Assembly: GCA_965223795.1 (NCBI GenBank)
Contig: CBDCXL010000001.1
Coordinates: 416,001 to 480,000 of the forward strand
DNA from: Nitrospinales bacterium
GTDB lineage: Bacteria > Nitrospinota > Nitrospinia > Nitrospinales > VA-1
Length of the DNA stretch: 64,000 nucleotides
Reading direction: 5' to 3'
The notes below the pieces were generated by a model. The model was not told the DNA's origin. It searched no databases and saw only the letters and a program-made list of their open reading frames with translations. Positions within the stretch are counted from its first letter, which is position 1, and each line of letters opens with the position of its first letter. The translations under genes were made by a program, and so were the position numbers. Shown piece after piece: positions 42,656 through 51,164 of this stretch.

Positions 42656-42787
42656 CTTACCAGCATACCAAAAATTCCTTTATTATCAATATTTTAAATA
42701 AACTACCGGTAAATTTGGACTGAATTCCGGTTCGGGCCGTTTCCGGCAAATATCTAATAAATCATTGATATTATTGATTTTTATGAC

Positions 42788-42867
42788 ATTCCCGATCGGG
42801 AATCCTTGAAATTTGGCCTTATTTCCCCATAACTTCATTGACAATATGCTTATAAGTACAATAAAAT
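42788..42867 (+). promoter_or_regulatory. Promoter of the motB-cyaA-motA operon with an upstream perfect palindrome
   Basis: ATTCCCGATCGGGAAT at 42788-42803; TTGACA-18 nt-TAAAAT at 42838-42867. Confidence 0.55.
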
Positions 42868-42970
42868 CAATAATAAACCCTTTTACGACGAACACTTGCG
42901 GCGCGCCTGCCGGGAAACGTGCGTGCGTTTCTCCCGCGGCCTGCCGGTTTCAGTACGCGGATATTCGATC

Positions 42971-44503
42971 ATGAAAAACATGGACTCGTTGCAGATGGTG
43001 AAGGAACAGTTGAAGTTCCAGTCGCGCCGTCTGCAGAAAGTCCTCAAGGAAAACGAAACCCTGCAGGTCGAACTGAGGGATTTCAAAGTCAATCACGAAC
43101 ATGAAATCCTGCTCTTGCAGGAAGCGATCGACGGCAAAGACCAGATCATCCAGGAAGAACAGAGAAAAGCGCTGGAGGCGCAGGTCGCCGCTTCCTCGGC
43201 GCGGGCGCTCAAGGTGCCGCTGCACGACAAGCAGGTCATGGAAGAGCCGGACGATTCGGTGCCGCTCGATCCGGTGGATCTCAGGCGCAAGCTGGTCATC
43301 CTGATCGACCGCACGAAGCTGTTGCGCGAGCAGGTCGAGGAAGAGAAGCGCATCAATGTTCAGCTCAATGAGGAAAACGACAAGCTGCACAAGGACCTCA
43401 AGCACCTGCACCGCGAGACCAAGGCGGCGCAGGATCTGAAGGAAAAAATAGAAGGGCTGCGCACGCAGCTCAACGAAGCGCGGGAAAGTTCTTCCTTCTC
43501 GGCACCGGCGATCAAAAAGCTGGTGCAGGAAAAAGAACAGCTCATCGACCAGTACGAAAAAATGGTGTTCGGCGAGCTGTTTCCGGACGGCAAGGCGGCA
43601 CTCGAACAGGAAGTCATCCAGGACCTGAAAACCGAGGTGGAAGACCTGGAATCCGAGAAAAGCGCCGTTCAGCTGGAATTGGAACTGCTGCGCGAAGACA
43701 ACGCGCAGATGGAATCGAAGGTGACGCTGCTGGAGGAAAGGGGCTCCGATACGGAATACCGTTCCAACACGGAGAGCCGGGCCGCGGTCACGTCGGAGTT
43801 TTTCGGCGGCCTGGAGAATTTCCTCGTCACCTACTCGGACATGATCACGCTGCTTCTGGTGGTGTTCGTGCTGCTGTATTCCATCTCGCGGGTGGACGAC
43901 GAGAAATTCGCCGAAGCGCTTTCCTCCTTTCAGGAAAAGGAGCTGCGGATCGAAAAGTTCAACGTGCGGCTGGACTCCCGCGAACTGGATATGCTGAAGC
44001 GGGTGAAGGAGCTGGTCAAGGACAACGTCGATCCGGAAAGCCTGGTGCGCGGCGATGTGCGCACGATTCTGTTCCGGCTCAAATCCTCGGACCTGTTCGC
44101 CCCCGGCAGCGCCGAGCTGATCGAGGGCGCGGATCGATTGATCCTGAACGCCATCGCCGAGGAGATGCAGGACGGCGTGAAGCAGGTCCTGGTGGACGGA
44201 CACACGGACGATGTGCCTTTGAGCGATTCGGCCCGCTACCCGACCAACTGGGAGCTTTCGACGGCGCGGGCGGCGGGTGTGGCGCGGGTCATCCTGGAAA
44301 AAATGAATCTGCCGCCGGACCGGATGGTGGTCACGGGCTACGGCCAGTACCGGCCCATCAAGCCGAACGACAGCGACAAAAACCGCGCGATCAACCGGCG
44401 CGTCGAGATCAAGATTCTGAAGGACAAAAAACTGGCCGCAGGTGAGGCAGCAGCGAAAGCCAAGGGAAGCCCGATCTCGCCGCAGGCGCTGAAACTCAGC
44501 TAG
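42971..44503 (+). CDS. motB: MotB-like stator protein with long N-terminal coiled coil and OmpA-like peptidoglycan-binding domain
   Basis: TM FLVTYSDMITLLLVVFVLLYSIS keeps the conserved Asp; GHTDDVP, NWELSTARA, GYGQYRP, NRRVEI; about 280 aa of heptad-rich sequence precede the TM. Confidence 0.88.
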   Translation: MKNMDSLQMVKEQLKFQSRRLQKVLKENETLQVELRDFKVNHEHEILLLQEAIDGKDQIIQEEQRKALEAQVAASSARALKVPLHDKQVMEEPDDSVPLDPVDLRRKLVILIDRTKLLREQVEEEKRINVQLNEENDKLHKDLKHLHRETKAAQDLKEKIEGLRTQLNEARESSSFSAPAIKKLVQEKEQLIDQYEKMVFGELFPDGKAALEQEVIQDLKTEVEDLESEKSAVQLELELLREDNAQMESKVTLLEERGSDTEYRSNTESRAAVTSEFFGGLENFLVTYSDMITLLLVVFVLLYSISRVDDEKFAEALSSFQEKELRIEKFNVRLDSRELDMLKRVKELVKDNVDPESLVRGDVRTILFRLKSSDLFAPGSAELIEGADRLILNAIAEEMQDGVKQVLVDGHTDDVPLSDSARYPTNWELSTARAAGVARVILEKMNLPPDRMVVTGYGQYRPIKPNDSDKNRAINRRVEIKILKDKKLAAGEAAAKAKGSPISPQALKLS

Positions 44504-44539
44504 CATAAAGAATTACGGCTCCGTTTTCAGGGAGCCTCT

Positions 44540-46648
44540 TTGACAGCCACTGTTTTCGAGGCCGCTTTGAAGAGCAAAGGGATGGACATCAAACCGGGAA
44601 ACCTGTTCACCAACCGGCAGGCGTTTCTCAGGTTCAATCAGTTCAAGACCGACCGCACCATGAAGACGCTGAGCGAGTCGGACCGCACGGTGTTCGCGGT
44701 GCTGCCCAGGCTTTTGCACGTCAACCAGGAGGGTCTGCCCGGCTATCTGGACAACCAGGTTCCCTGCGGCATCGTCAATTTCGAGCTGACGCGCGAGTGC
44801 CAGGTGCACTGCGAAAAACTGTTTCCCAACGTCATCATCCGGCGCAACGAACGGCTCAACCCGGTGATCCATTCGGTGCTTCTGATCGGCAGCGTCGGCA
44901 CGGTGGCGCAGACGAAAAAATCCGACCTGGATTTCACCCTGCTGGTGGACAAGTCGAAATTCACCGACGAGTCGCTCAGGCAGTTTCAGAAAAAACTGAG
45001 CCTGATCGAACAGTGGACCTGGAACGAGTATCAGCTGGAGACGCATTTTTTCATCAACGACCACCAGGAAGTGAAGAACAACATTTTCGGCGAAAGCGAC
45101 AGCGAGAGCACCGGCTCGGCGCTGGCGCAGCTCCTGAAAGAGGAAATGTACCGCAGCCTGATCCTGGTCGCGGGCAAGATTCCCTTCTGGTGGATCGTGC
45201 CGGTGAACACCGACGACGACACCTACGACCGCATGTACCGCAAGGTCGGCATAGGAAATTCGTTGTTGAAAAAAGAGGATTTCATCGACATCGGCAATCT
45301 GGACGACATCTCCGACGGGGAATTTTTCGGCGGCTCCATCTGGACGCTGATCAAATCGTTCAGTTCTCCGTTCAAGCAGCTGATGAAAATGGGGCTGCTG
45401 GAGGACTACATGTTCAACCGCACCCGTTTCAACCTGTTGTGCCATGAAGTGAAGGAGCGCGTGCAGTCGGACAAGCCGCACAAGTCGATCGACCCGTACA
45501 TCCTGCTGTTCGAGCGGGTGCAGAAGTTTTTCGAAGCCAGCAAATCGGCCAACGATCTGGACGCCCTGCGCGCCGCGTTCTACATGAAGGTGGGAACGCA
45601 GGTCAACGCGGACGAGTACGAGTGCGGCTCCGAAGACTGGAAAAAATTCGCCCTCGTGGAAATGCTGCACGCCTGGGGCTGGCCGGTGTCGAAGCTGGAC
45701 CAGATCAACGGCTACAACGGCTGGCAGATGAAGCAGAAAGTGGCGCTGGGCAACCGGATCAACAAAATCCTGATGAACTCGTACCGCAACATCTCGGAAA
45801 AAAACAACTCGCTGGAGTCCGGCAATCACCTGATTTCGGAAAAGGACACGCACCTGCTGGGGCGCAAGCTGTTCAGTTTTTACCGCAAGGCGCCCAACAA
45901 GGTGGAGAACCTGTTTTCCCTGGTGGACGGGGAAACGGCGGAAAAGGAGCTGACGTTCCTGTACGACCTGCCGTCCGGGAAACGGGCGGGCCACTGGTAC
46001 CTGATCCGAGGACGCACTTCGGCGTTCATCGAACAGATCGCGCCGGAAAACATCATCAAGAAATCGGCCACGTTTCCGTTCCTGATTTCGTTCGCCGCGT
46101 TCAACAAGCTGTACCGAAGCTCGACCGAACTCATGGTGCGGGCCGAAGGAAACACGATCCGTGAAACCGACGTGCGCATCCTGCTCAATCAGCTGTCGGC
46201 GTTCTTCTCGCAGGTCAACATCGCCGCCATCTCGAACAAGGACCTGCTGTCGGACGTGCGCATCAACAAGCTGTACATGCTGGTCGATTTCGGCGTGCCC
46301 CTGCCCAGGGAGATCGTGATGGGCAACATCCGCGAGTGCAAAACCGAGGCGGAGCTGTCGCAGTTCATCAACCGGCGGCTGGAGCGCATCCGCAGCCTGA
46401 CGACGATCTACCTGACATCCTGGGGCGAGCTGTTCTGCAAAACCTACTCGGGGCTGCACTGCATGGACCGCAGCCTGCACGAGCTGACGCCGCAGATCGA
46501 ACCCGGAAGCGTGCGCAACCGCAATTTTCTGAAAGTGTACGTCCCGACCGGACGCAGTGAAATTCTGATGATACCGTGGCTGAACAATTACCTGGCCCGG
46601 TCCCTGGAAACCCGAAAACGGGTCCACGCCGAAGCGGCAGTGGGCTGA
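44540..46648 (+). CDS. cyaA: Class I adenylate cyclase
   Basis: LPRLLHVN, IGSVGTVAQTKKSDLDF, ETHFF, ESTGSALAQLLKEEMYRS..AGKIPFWW, EFFGGSIW, SPFK, IDPY; TTG start after GGGAG RBS. Confidence 0.9.
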   Translation: MTATVFEAALKSKGMDIKPGNLFTNRQAFLRFNQFKTDRTMKTLSESDRTVFAVLPRLLHVNQEGLPGYLDNQVPCGIVNFELTRECQVHCEKLFPNVIIRRNERLNPVIHSVLLIGSVGTVAQTKKSDLDFTLLVDKSKFTDESLRQFQKKLSLIEQWTWNEYQLETHFFINDHQEVKNNIFGESDSESTGSALAQLLKEEMYRSLILVAGKIPFWWIVPVNTDDDTYDRMYRKVGIGNSLLKKEDFIDIGNLDDISDGEFFGGSIWTLIKSFSSPFKQLMKMGLLEDYMFNRTRFNLLCHEVKERVQSDKPHKSIDPYILLFERVQKFFEASKSANDLDALRAAFYMKVGTQVNADEYECGSEDWKKFALVEMLHAWGWPVSKLDQINGYNGWQMKQKVALGNRINKILMNSYRNISEKNNSLESGNHLISEKDTHLLGRKLFSFYRKAPNKVENLFSLVDGETAEKELTFLYDLPSGKRAGHWYLIRGRTSAFIEQIAPENIIKKSATFPFLISFAAFNKLYRSSTELMVRAEGNTIRETDVRILLNQLSAFFSQVNIAAISNKDLLSDVRINKLYMLVDFGVPLPREIVMGNIRECKTEAELSQFINRRLERIRSLTTIYLTSWGELFCKTYSGLHCMDRSLHELTPQIEPGSVRNRNFLKVYVPTGRSEILMIPWLNNYLARSLETRKRVHAEAAVG

Positions 46649-46656
46649 ACGACATT

Positions 46657-47475
46657 ATGGCAACCGCAGTCAAAGAAGCCGAACGCCCCTTCATCGCTCA
46701 CACGCTCAAGGAAGAAACCCGCGTTGAGAAGGGCACGTACGTGGGCATCCTGGCGGGAACCGGCCTGATCGCCATCGCCATCCTGCGCGGCGGCGAGCCG
46801 GGGCTGTTTCTCAACCTGAACAGCGCGCTCATCGTGCTCGGCGGCACGCTGGCGACCACGTTCATCGCGTTCTCGTCGCGGCGCATCCTGGGAATGCTGC
46901 CGGTGGTCCTGCACGCATTCAAAAAGGACACGACGCCCACCAGGGAATACGTGGACAAGGTCATGGACCTGGCCTCGAACTACCGTTCGGGTGGCATGAA
47001 ACGGCTGGAAAGCCGGGAGGAAAAACTGGAAAACCGGTTTCTGCGCAGCGGCGTGGCGATGATCGTCGACGGATACAGCGCGCGCGAGATCAACGAAATC
47101 CTCGACCGCGAGATCGCGTCGATGATCGAGCGCCACCATTCCGGGCAGAAGATCCTGCGTTTCATGTCCATGCAGGCTCCGGTGTTCGGCATGTGCGGCA
47201 CGCTGATCGGCCTGATCCAGATGCTCATGCATCTGGACGATCCGTCCAAGATCGGCCCGTACCTGGCGACGGCGCTGATCACCACGTTCTACGGCCTGAT
47301 TCTGGCGAACCTGGTGATCACCCCGATCGTGGCGAAGCTCAACGCCAAGACCGAGCACGAAACATTGATCAACAAGGCACTCAGGGTGGGCGTCCTGGGC
47401 ATCCACGACCGCCTCAACCCGCAGAAGATACGCAAGAACATGAACTCGCTGTTGCCCCCGGACCAGCAAAGGTGA
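46657..47475 (+). CDS. motA: MotA/PomA-like stator proton-channel protein
   Basis: SALIVLGGT, FLRSGVAMIVDG, APVFGMCGTLIGLIQML, ALITTFYG..ANL..P..AKL. Confidence 0.9.
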   Translation: MATAVKEAERPFIAHTLKEETRVEKGTYVGILAGTGLIAIAILRGGEPGLFLNLNSALIVLGGTLATTFIAFSSRRILGMLPVVLHAFKKDTTPTREYVDKVMDLASNYRSGGMKRLESREEKLENRFLRSGVAMIVDGYSAREINEILDREIASMIERHHSGQKILRFMSMQAPVFGMCGTLIGLIQMLMHLDDPSKIGPYLATALITTFYGLILANLVITPIVAKLNAKTEHETLINKALRVGVLGIHDRLNPQKIRKNMNSLLPPDQQR

Positions 47476-47485
47476 AGGAAGAAAC

Positions 47486-48337
47486 ATGTCTCAAGTCGAT
47501 GAATTTTTAAAACTGATCAAGGAAAACCCGCAGCAGAACGGGCAGGACTTCAGCGAATACAAGCTGGAGGGCATCCACCTGAGCGGCGTCCGCATGGACT
47601 CGGCGCGCCTGAACCGCATCAATTTCGCCGAAGCGGAACTGACGCAGTCGCGGATGACGCGCAGCCACATGCAGCAGGCGTCGCTGCGCAAAGCCAGGAT
47701 CAAGGACGTGGACTTCTCCGGCGCCAACCTGCAGGGTTCGGATTTTCAGGACGCGATGCTGGTCAACTGCACGTTCCGCAACACCAACCTGGAAAACTGC
47801 GATTTCTCCGGTGCGCAGCTCAAGGGCTGCGACCTGAAAGGCAGCAACCTGGGCTACGCCAATTTCTACTCAGCGAAGATGAAAGACTGCGACCTGTCGT
47901 TCGCGCGCATGATCTACGGCTTCCTCAAGGAAATCGAAATCATCAATTCGCGCATGAACGGGATCAACGCCCGCGGCTCGGACTTCAGCTACGCCCGGAT
48001 CGGCAACGTGGACCTGAGCGGCGGCAACCTGAAATACGCCGATCTCAACTCCTGCACGCTCAAAAAGGTCAACCTGCGCACGGCCACCATGATCGGCGCC
48101 GAACTCAAGGACGCCCACTGCGTGCACCTGACCATCGAGGAAGCCAATCTGGAAGGGGCCAACCTGACCTACGCCAACATGGAAGGCTCGAACCTGAAAA
48201 ACGCCTTCCTGCTGGAGGCCAACCTGCACGGCACCAATTTCACCAACGCCAACCTGAAAGACGCCTACGTGGTGGACGCCAATATCGCCAAGGCCATCAC
48301 CAAGGGCGCGAACCTGGAAAACACCGTGCTGCAGTAA
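47486..48337 (+). CDS. Pentapeptide-repeat protein
   Basis: A(D/N)(L/F)xx repeats along almost the whole length. Confidence 0.92.
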   Translation: MSQVDEFLKLIKENPQQNGQDFSEYKLEGIHLSGVRMDSARLNRINFAEAELTQSRMTRSHMQQASLRKARIKDVDFSGANLQGSDFQDAMLVNCTFRNTNLENCDFSGAQLKGCDLKGSNLGYANFYSAKMKDCDLSFARMIYGFLKEIEIINSRMNGINARGSDFSYARIGNVDLSGGNLKYADLNSCTLKKVNLRTATMIGAELKDAHCVHLTIEEANLEGANLTYANMEGSNLKNAFLLEANLHGTNFTNANLKDAYVVDANIAKAITKGANLENTVLQ

Positions 48338-48413
48338 GCGTTTTTTTCTCGCTTCCTTCCCTCCGTTGCCGCACAATCAAAGCGATATTCCTTAAACAGT
48401 TAAGAGGCCCCGC

Positions 48414-48767
48414 ATGGCGGAAACGGTGCTGGCTCTGCATCTCATGGTGATCCTGTTTTTTTTGGCGGGATTTCCGGTCGCGCTGGTGATCAACCACCGC
48501 GGTCTGCGCCTGTTCCACGCCGCGGCGCTGGCTTTCGTCACCGGGCTCATGCTGGCCGGCATCCCCTGCCCGCTCACGGTGTGGGAGGAAGCGTTGAGCG
48601 GCGGCTCCTACGAAGGCTCGTTCATCGCCGCGTGGCTCAAAAGGATCGTCTACATGGAATGGTTCGAGCCGCGCCACGTGCTGATCGCCGATGCGGTGTT
48701 CGCGCTGCTGGTGTTTTCCTCGTTTCTCTGGCGGCCGCTGCGTGCGAAGGGGAATGAACCGCGCTAG
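48414..48767 (+). CDS. DUF2784-like small membrane protein
   Basis: LHL, FH, CPLTVWE, GSFI..WL..IVY. Confidence 0.8.
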   Translation: MAETVLALHLMVILFFLAGFPVALVINHRGLRLFHAAALAFVTGLMLAGIPCPLTVWEEALSGGSYEGSFIAAWLKRIVYMEWFEPRHVLIADAVFALLVFSSFLWRPLRAKGNEPR

Positions 48768-48831
48768 TTCATTCCGTCATGAAGCTCTGCGATTCGCTCC
48801 GCTTTCGCGGGACCTTTTTAAAAAATCACTG

Positions 48832-48914
48832 CTGTCATGCTGAGCCTGTCGAAGCATGAGCCCGCACCCTTCGACAAAGCCTGTCCTGAGCTTGCCGAAG
48901 GGCTCAGGGTGACA
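48832..48914. repeat. Composite nested REP-like palindromic repeat
   Basis: Inverted doublet with a single nested unit in the right arm; lies between convergent genes. Confidence 0.85.
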
Positions 48915-48955
48915 ATAAGCTGTAAAAATCCATAATTGGCTGAATTATGCCAAGG

Positions 48956-49825
48956 TCACTCAGTGGTTAGAAACGGCGTCGCGCAGCGGAAGCCGACGTT
49001 TTCGAAGTAGTCGTCGGGCGGCACTTCCGTGCGGTTGAAGGCATAGCGGTAGGCTTCGAGGAAATAATGCCCGGCCTTCTGGAACCCGTTGCCGCGCAGC
49101 ACCTTGAACTGCGTGCCGAAGCGCGGGTCCTTGTGGCCGTTGCCGGGATAGGCCTGATACCAGTCGCGGGTCCATTCCATGACGTTGCCCGCCAGGTCGA
49201 ACACGCCGTAGGGGCTTTTGTCCTCCGGATAGCTTCCCACCGGCACGGTCTTGCGGTCGCCCTCCACTCCCATGTTGGCGACTTTCTTCCTGTCTTCCGG
49301 CCCCCAGGGGAAGAGCTGGCCCTCGGGCCCGCGCGCCGCTTTCTCCCATTGCGCTTCGGTGGGCAGCCGGCGGCCGGCCCAGGCGCAGTAGGAAAACGCT
49401 TCCCGCCAGGTGATGTTGACGACGGGATGCGCGCCCAGACCCTCTGGAACGGCGGTTTCCTGCCAGTGGGTGGGGTATTCCGGAAACTGCGTTTCCACGA
49501 TGAAACGCCTGTACTCTTTGTTGGTGATTTCGTACTGATCGATGTAATACGCCGCCAGATTGAGCGTCCGTTCCGGGTGCTGGTCGAGATACAGCGGCTT
49601 GACGGTGCCGATCTTCTGGTGCGTGTTGTCGGTGTCGGTTTTGTCCGTGCCCATCACGAAAGGCCCGGCGGGAATCAGAACCAGCGGCTTGCCGTCCACC
49701 GGCGCCGCTTTGGTGGCGGGCAGCGCCGAGGAATCTGTGGAAGGACAGTCGCAGAACGTGTCCTGGCAGCCGGACAGCAGCAGCGAAAGGCAAAAAACGG
49801 CCGTGTGCGCGTATTTTCTTATCAT
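48956..49825 (-). CDS. FGE-sulfatase (SUMF1) domain lipoprotein
   Basis: Lipobox LLSG-C; IPAGPFVMG, YEITN, HPVVNITW, RLPTEAQWEKAARG, DLAGNVMEW, VGFRC. Confidence 0.92.
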   Translation of the reverse strand: MIRKYAHTAVFCLSLLLSGCQDTFCDCPSTDSSALPATKAAPVDGKPLVLIPAGPFVMGTDKTDTDNTHQKIGTVKPLYLDQHPERTLNLAAYYIDQYEITNKEYRRFIVETQFPEYPTHWQETAVPEGLGAHPVVNITWREAFSYCAWAGRRLPTEAQWEKAARGPEGQLFPWGPEDRKKVANMGVEGDRKTVPVGSYPEDKSPYGVFDLAGNVMEWTRDWYQAYPGNGHKDPRFGTQFKVLRGNGFQKAGHYFLEAYRYAFNRTEVPPDDYFENVGFRCATPFLTTE

Positions 49826-49906
49826 AGATCTGGGCTTCGTAATAGAATGGGATATTCCCCGCCAGCGCCGGCACCCGGCCCTGTGCGGCAGGCTATCAGT
49901 AACTAT

Positions 49907-51061
49907 ATGAAAAGATTCTGTCATTTCCTAATACTTTCCCTGCTGACGCTGCCTGCGCCGCTGCACGCCGTCGGTTTCGAGAAACCCATCTTCGGCAAAA
50001 CCGTGGGGAAAGCCTACCCGCATATCCTGAAATCCGATGAATTTTCGCTCAATACGCGCAATATCAAGGTGCTGACCGCGCAGGGGAAATTCCTGTGGAT
50101 GGGCACCTCCAACGGGGTGATCCGCTACGACACCAACACCGCCAACGACTACGAGGTGTTCGACAACCAGAACGTGCTGCTCAGCAACGGCATCTTCGCC
50201 ATCGTCATGGACCCGCTCAACCGGCCCTGGATCGGGACCTACGGCGGCGGGCTCAGCCATTTCAACGGCACCGGCTGGATCAATTACAACACGCCGCATG
50301 GCCTGTGCGACGCGTTCGTCTACGACATCGAGTTCACGAAAGACGCGATGTGGGTCGCCACCTGGAGCGGCGTGAACCGGGTACGCGGCGATCCCTCCAA
50401 GCGCGAATCGTGGGAGCAGTTCACCGTCGCCAGCACGCAGGGCGGATTGAACGACGACTGGGTCTACGCGATCGCGGCCGGGCCGGACGGACGCCTGTGG
50501 TTCGGCACCGAGTCGGGGCTGTCGTCGTTCGACGGCGCGGCGTGGCAGGGGTTCGACCACGCGGACGGGCTGGGCGCTCCCTACGAGGCGGTGAAGCAGC
50601 ACAACAGCAGCGTGATGGCTTCGTTTCAGGGCCTGCACCACGCCTCGCACATCCCGGACCTGCCCAACGTGCAGTCGCCCGATTTCCGTCCCAACTACAT
50701 CGTGTCGATGCTGATGGACCCGAAGGGACGGCTGTGGATCGGCACCTGGGGCGGCGGGCTCAGCATGCTGGACACGCGCAAGATGGAGTTCCGCAACTTC
50801 ACGGTGGCGGACGGCCTGCCTGGCAACTTCGTGCTGGCGCTGGAGGAAGGCCCGGACGGCCAGTTGTGGATCGGTTCGAACGGCGGGCTCAGCCGTTTCA
50901 ACGGCCGCAGTTTCACCAACTTCTCCGAGCACAACGGCCTGATCGGCAGCTTCATCTTCAGCATCGAATTCAACGACCATTCCCTCTGGGTGGGCAGCCA
51001 CCACGGCATGAACCGCCTGAAACTCGATCCCATCACCAACGAGCTGTTCAAGATCAAGTGA
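49907..51061 (+). CDS. Secreted beta-propeller protein (two-component regulator propeller-type repeats)
   Basis: Signal peptide; repeated LWIGTxGGGLS and DGLxxNxV motifs. Confidence 0.85.
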   Translation: MKRFCHFLILSLLTLPAPLHAVGFEKPIFGKTVGKAYPHILKSDEFSLNTRNIKVLTAQGKFLWMGTSNGVIRYDTNTANDYEVFDNQNVLLSNGIFAIVMDPLNRPWIGTYGGGLSHFNGTGWINYNTPHGLCDAFVYDIEFTKDAMWVATWSGVNRVRGDPSKRESWEQFTVASTQGGLNDDWVYAIAAGPDGRLWFGTESGLSSFDGAAWQGFDHADGLGAPYEAVKQHNSSVMASFQGLHHASHIPDLPNVQSPDFRPNYIVSMLMDPKGRLWIGTWGGGLSMLDTRKMEFRNFTVADGLPGNFVLALEEGPDGQLWIGSNGGLSRFNGRSFTNFSEHNGLIGSFIFSIEFNDHSLWVGSHHGMNRLKLDPITNELFKIK

Positions 51062-51093
51062 TTTTTCAGGGGTTTTGACCTCCCTGCCCGCTT

Positions 51094-51142
51094 TTCACAG
51101 ACATTTCATTTAAATTTCACATCCGGTTCACACTCTTTTCGC
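51094..51142 (+). promoter_or_regulatory. cre-tag-like direct repeat array
   Basis: TTCAC, TTCAT, TTCAC, TTCAC, TTCGC at 51094, 51105, 51116, 51127, 51138 (exact 11-bp period). Confidence 0.75.
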
Positions 51143-51164
51143 ATGCGCTCCGTATTCTCGGGGC

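Noticed and set aside
42971..47475. Calling the motA/motB locus a Zorya system
   Set aside because: MotA has no long C-terminal tail, no ZorC/D/E-like genes are present, and both proteins look closer to flagellar-type stators
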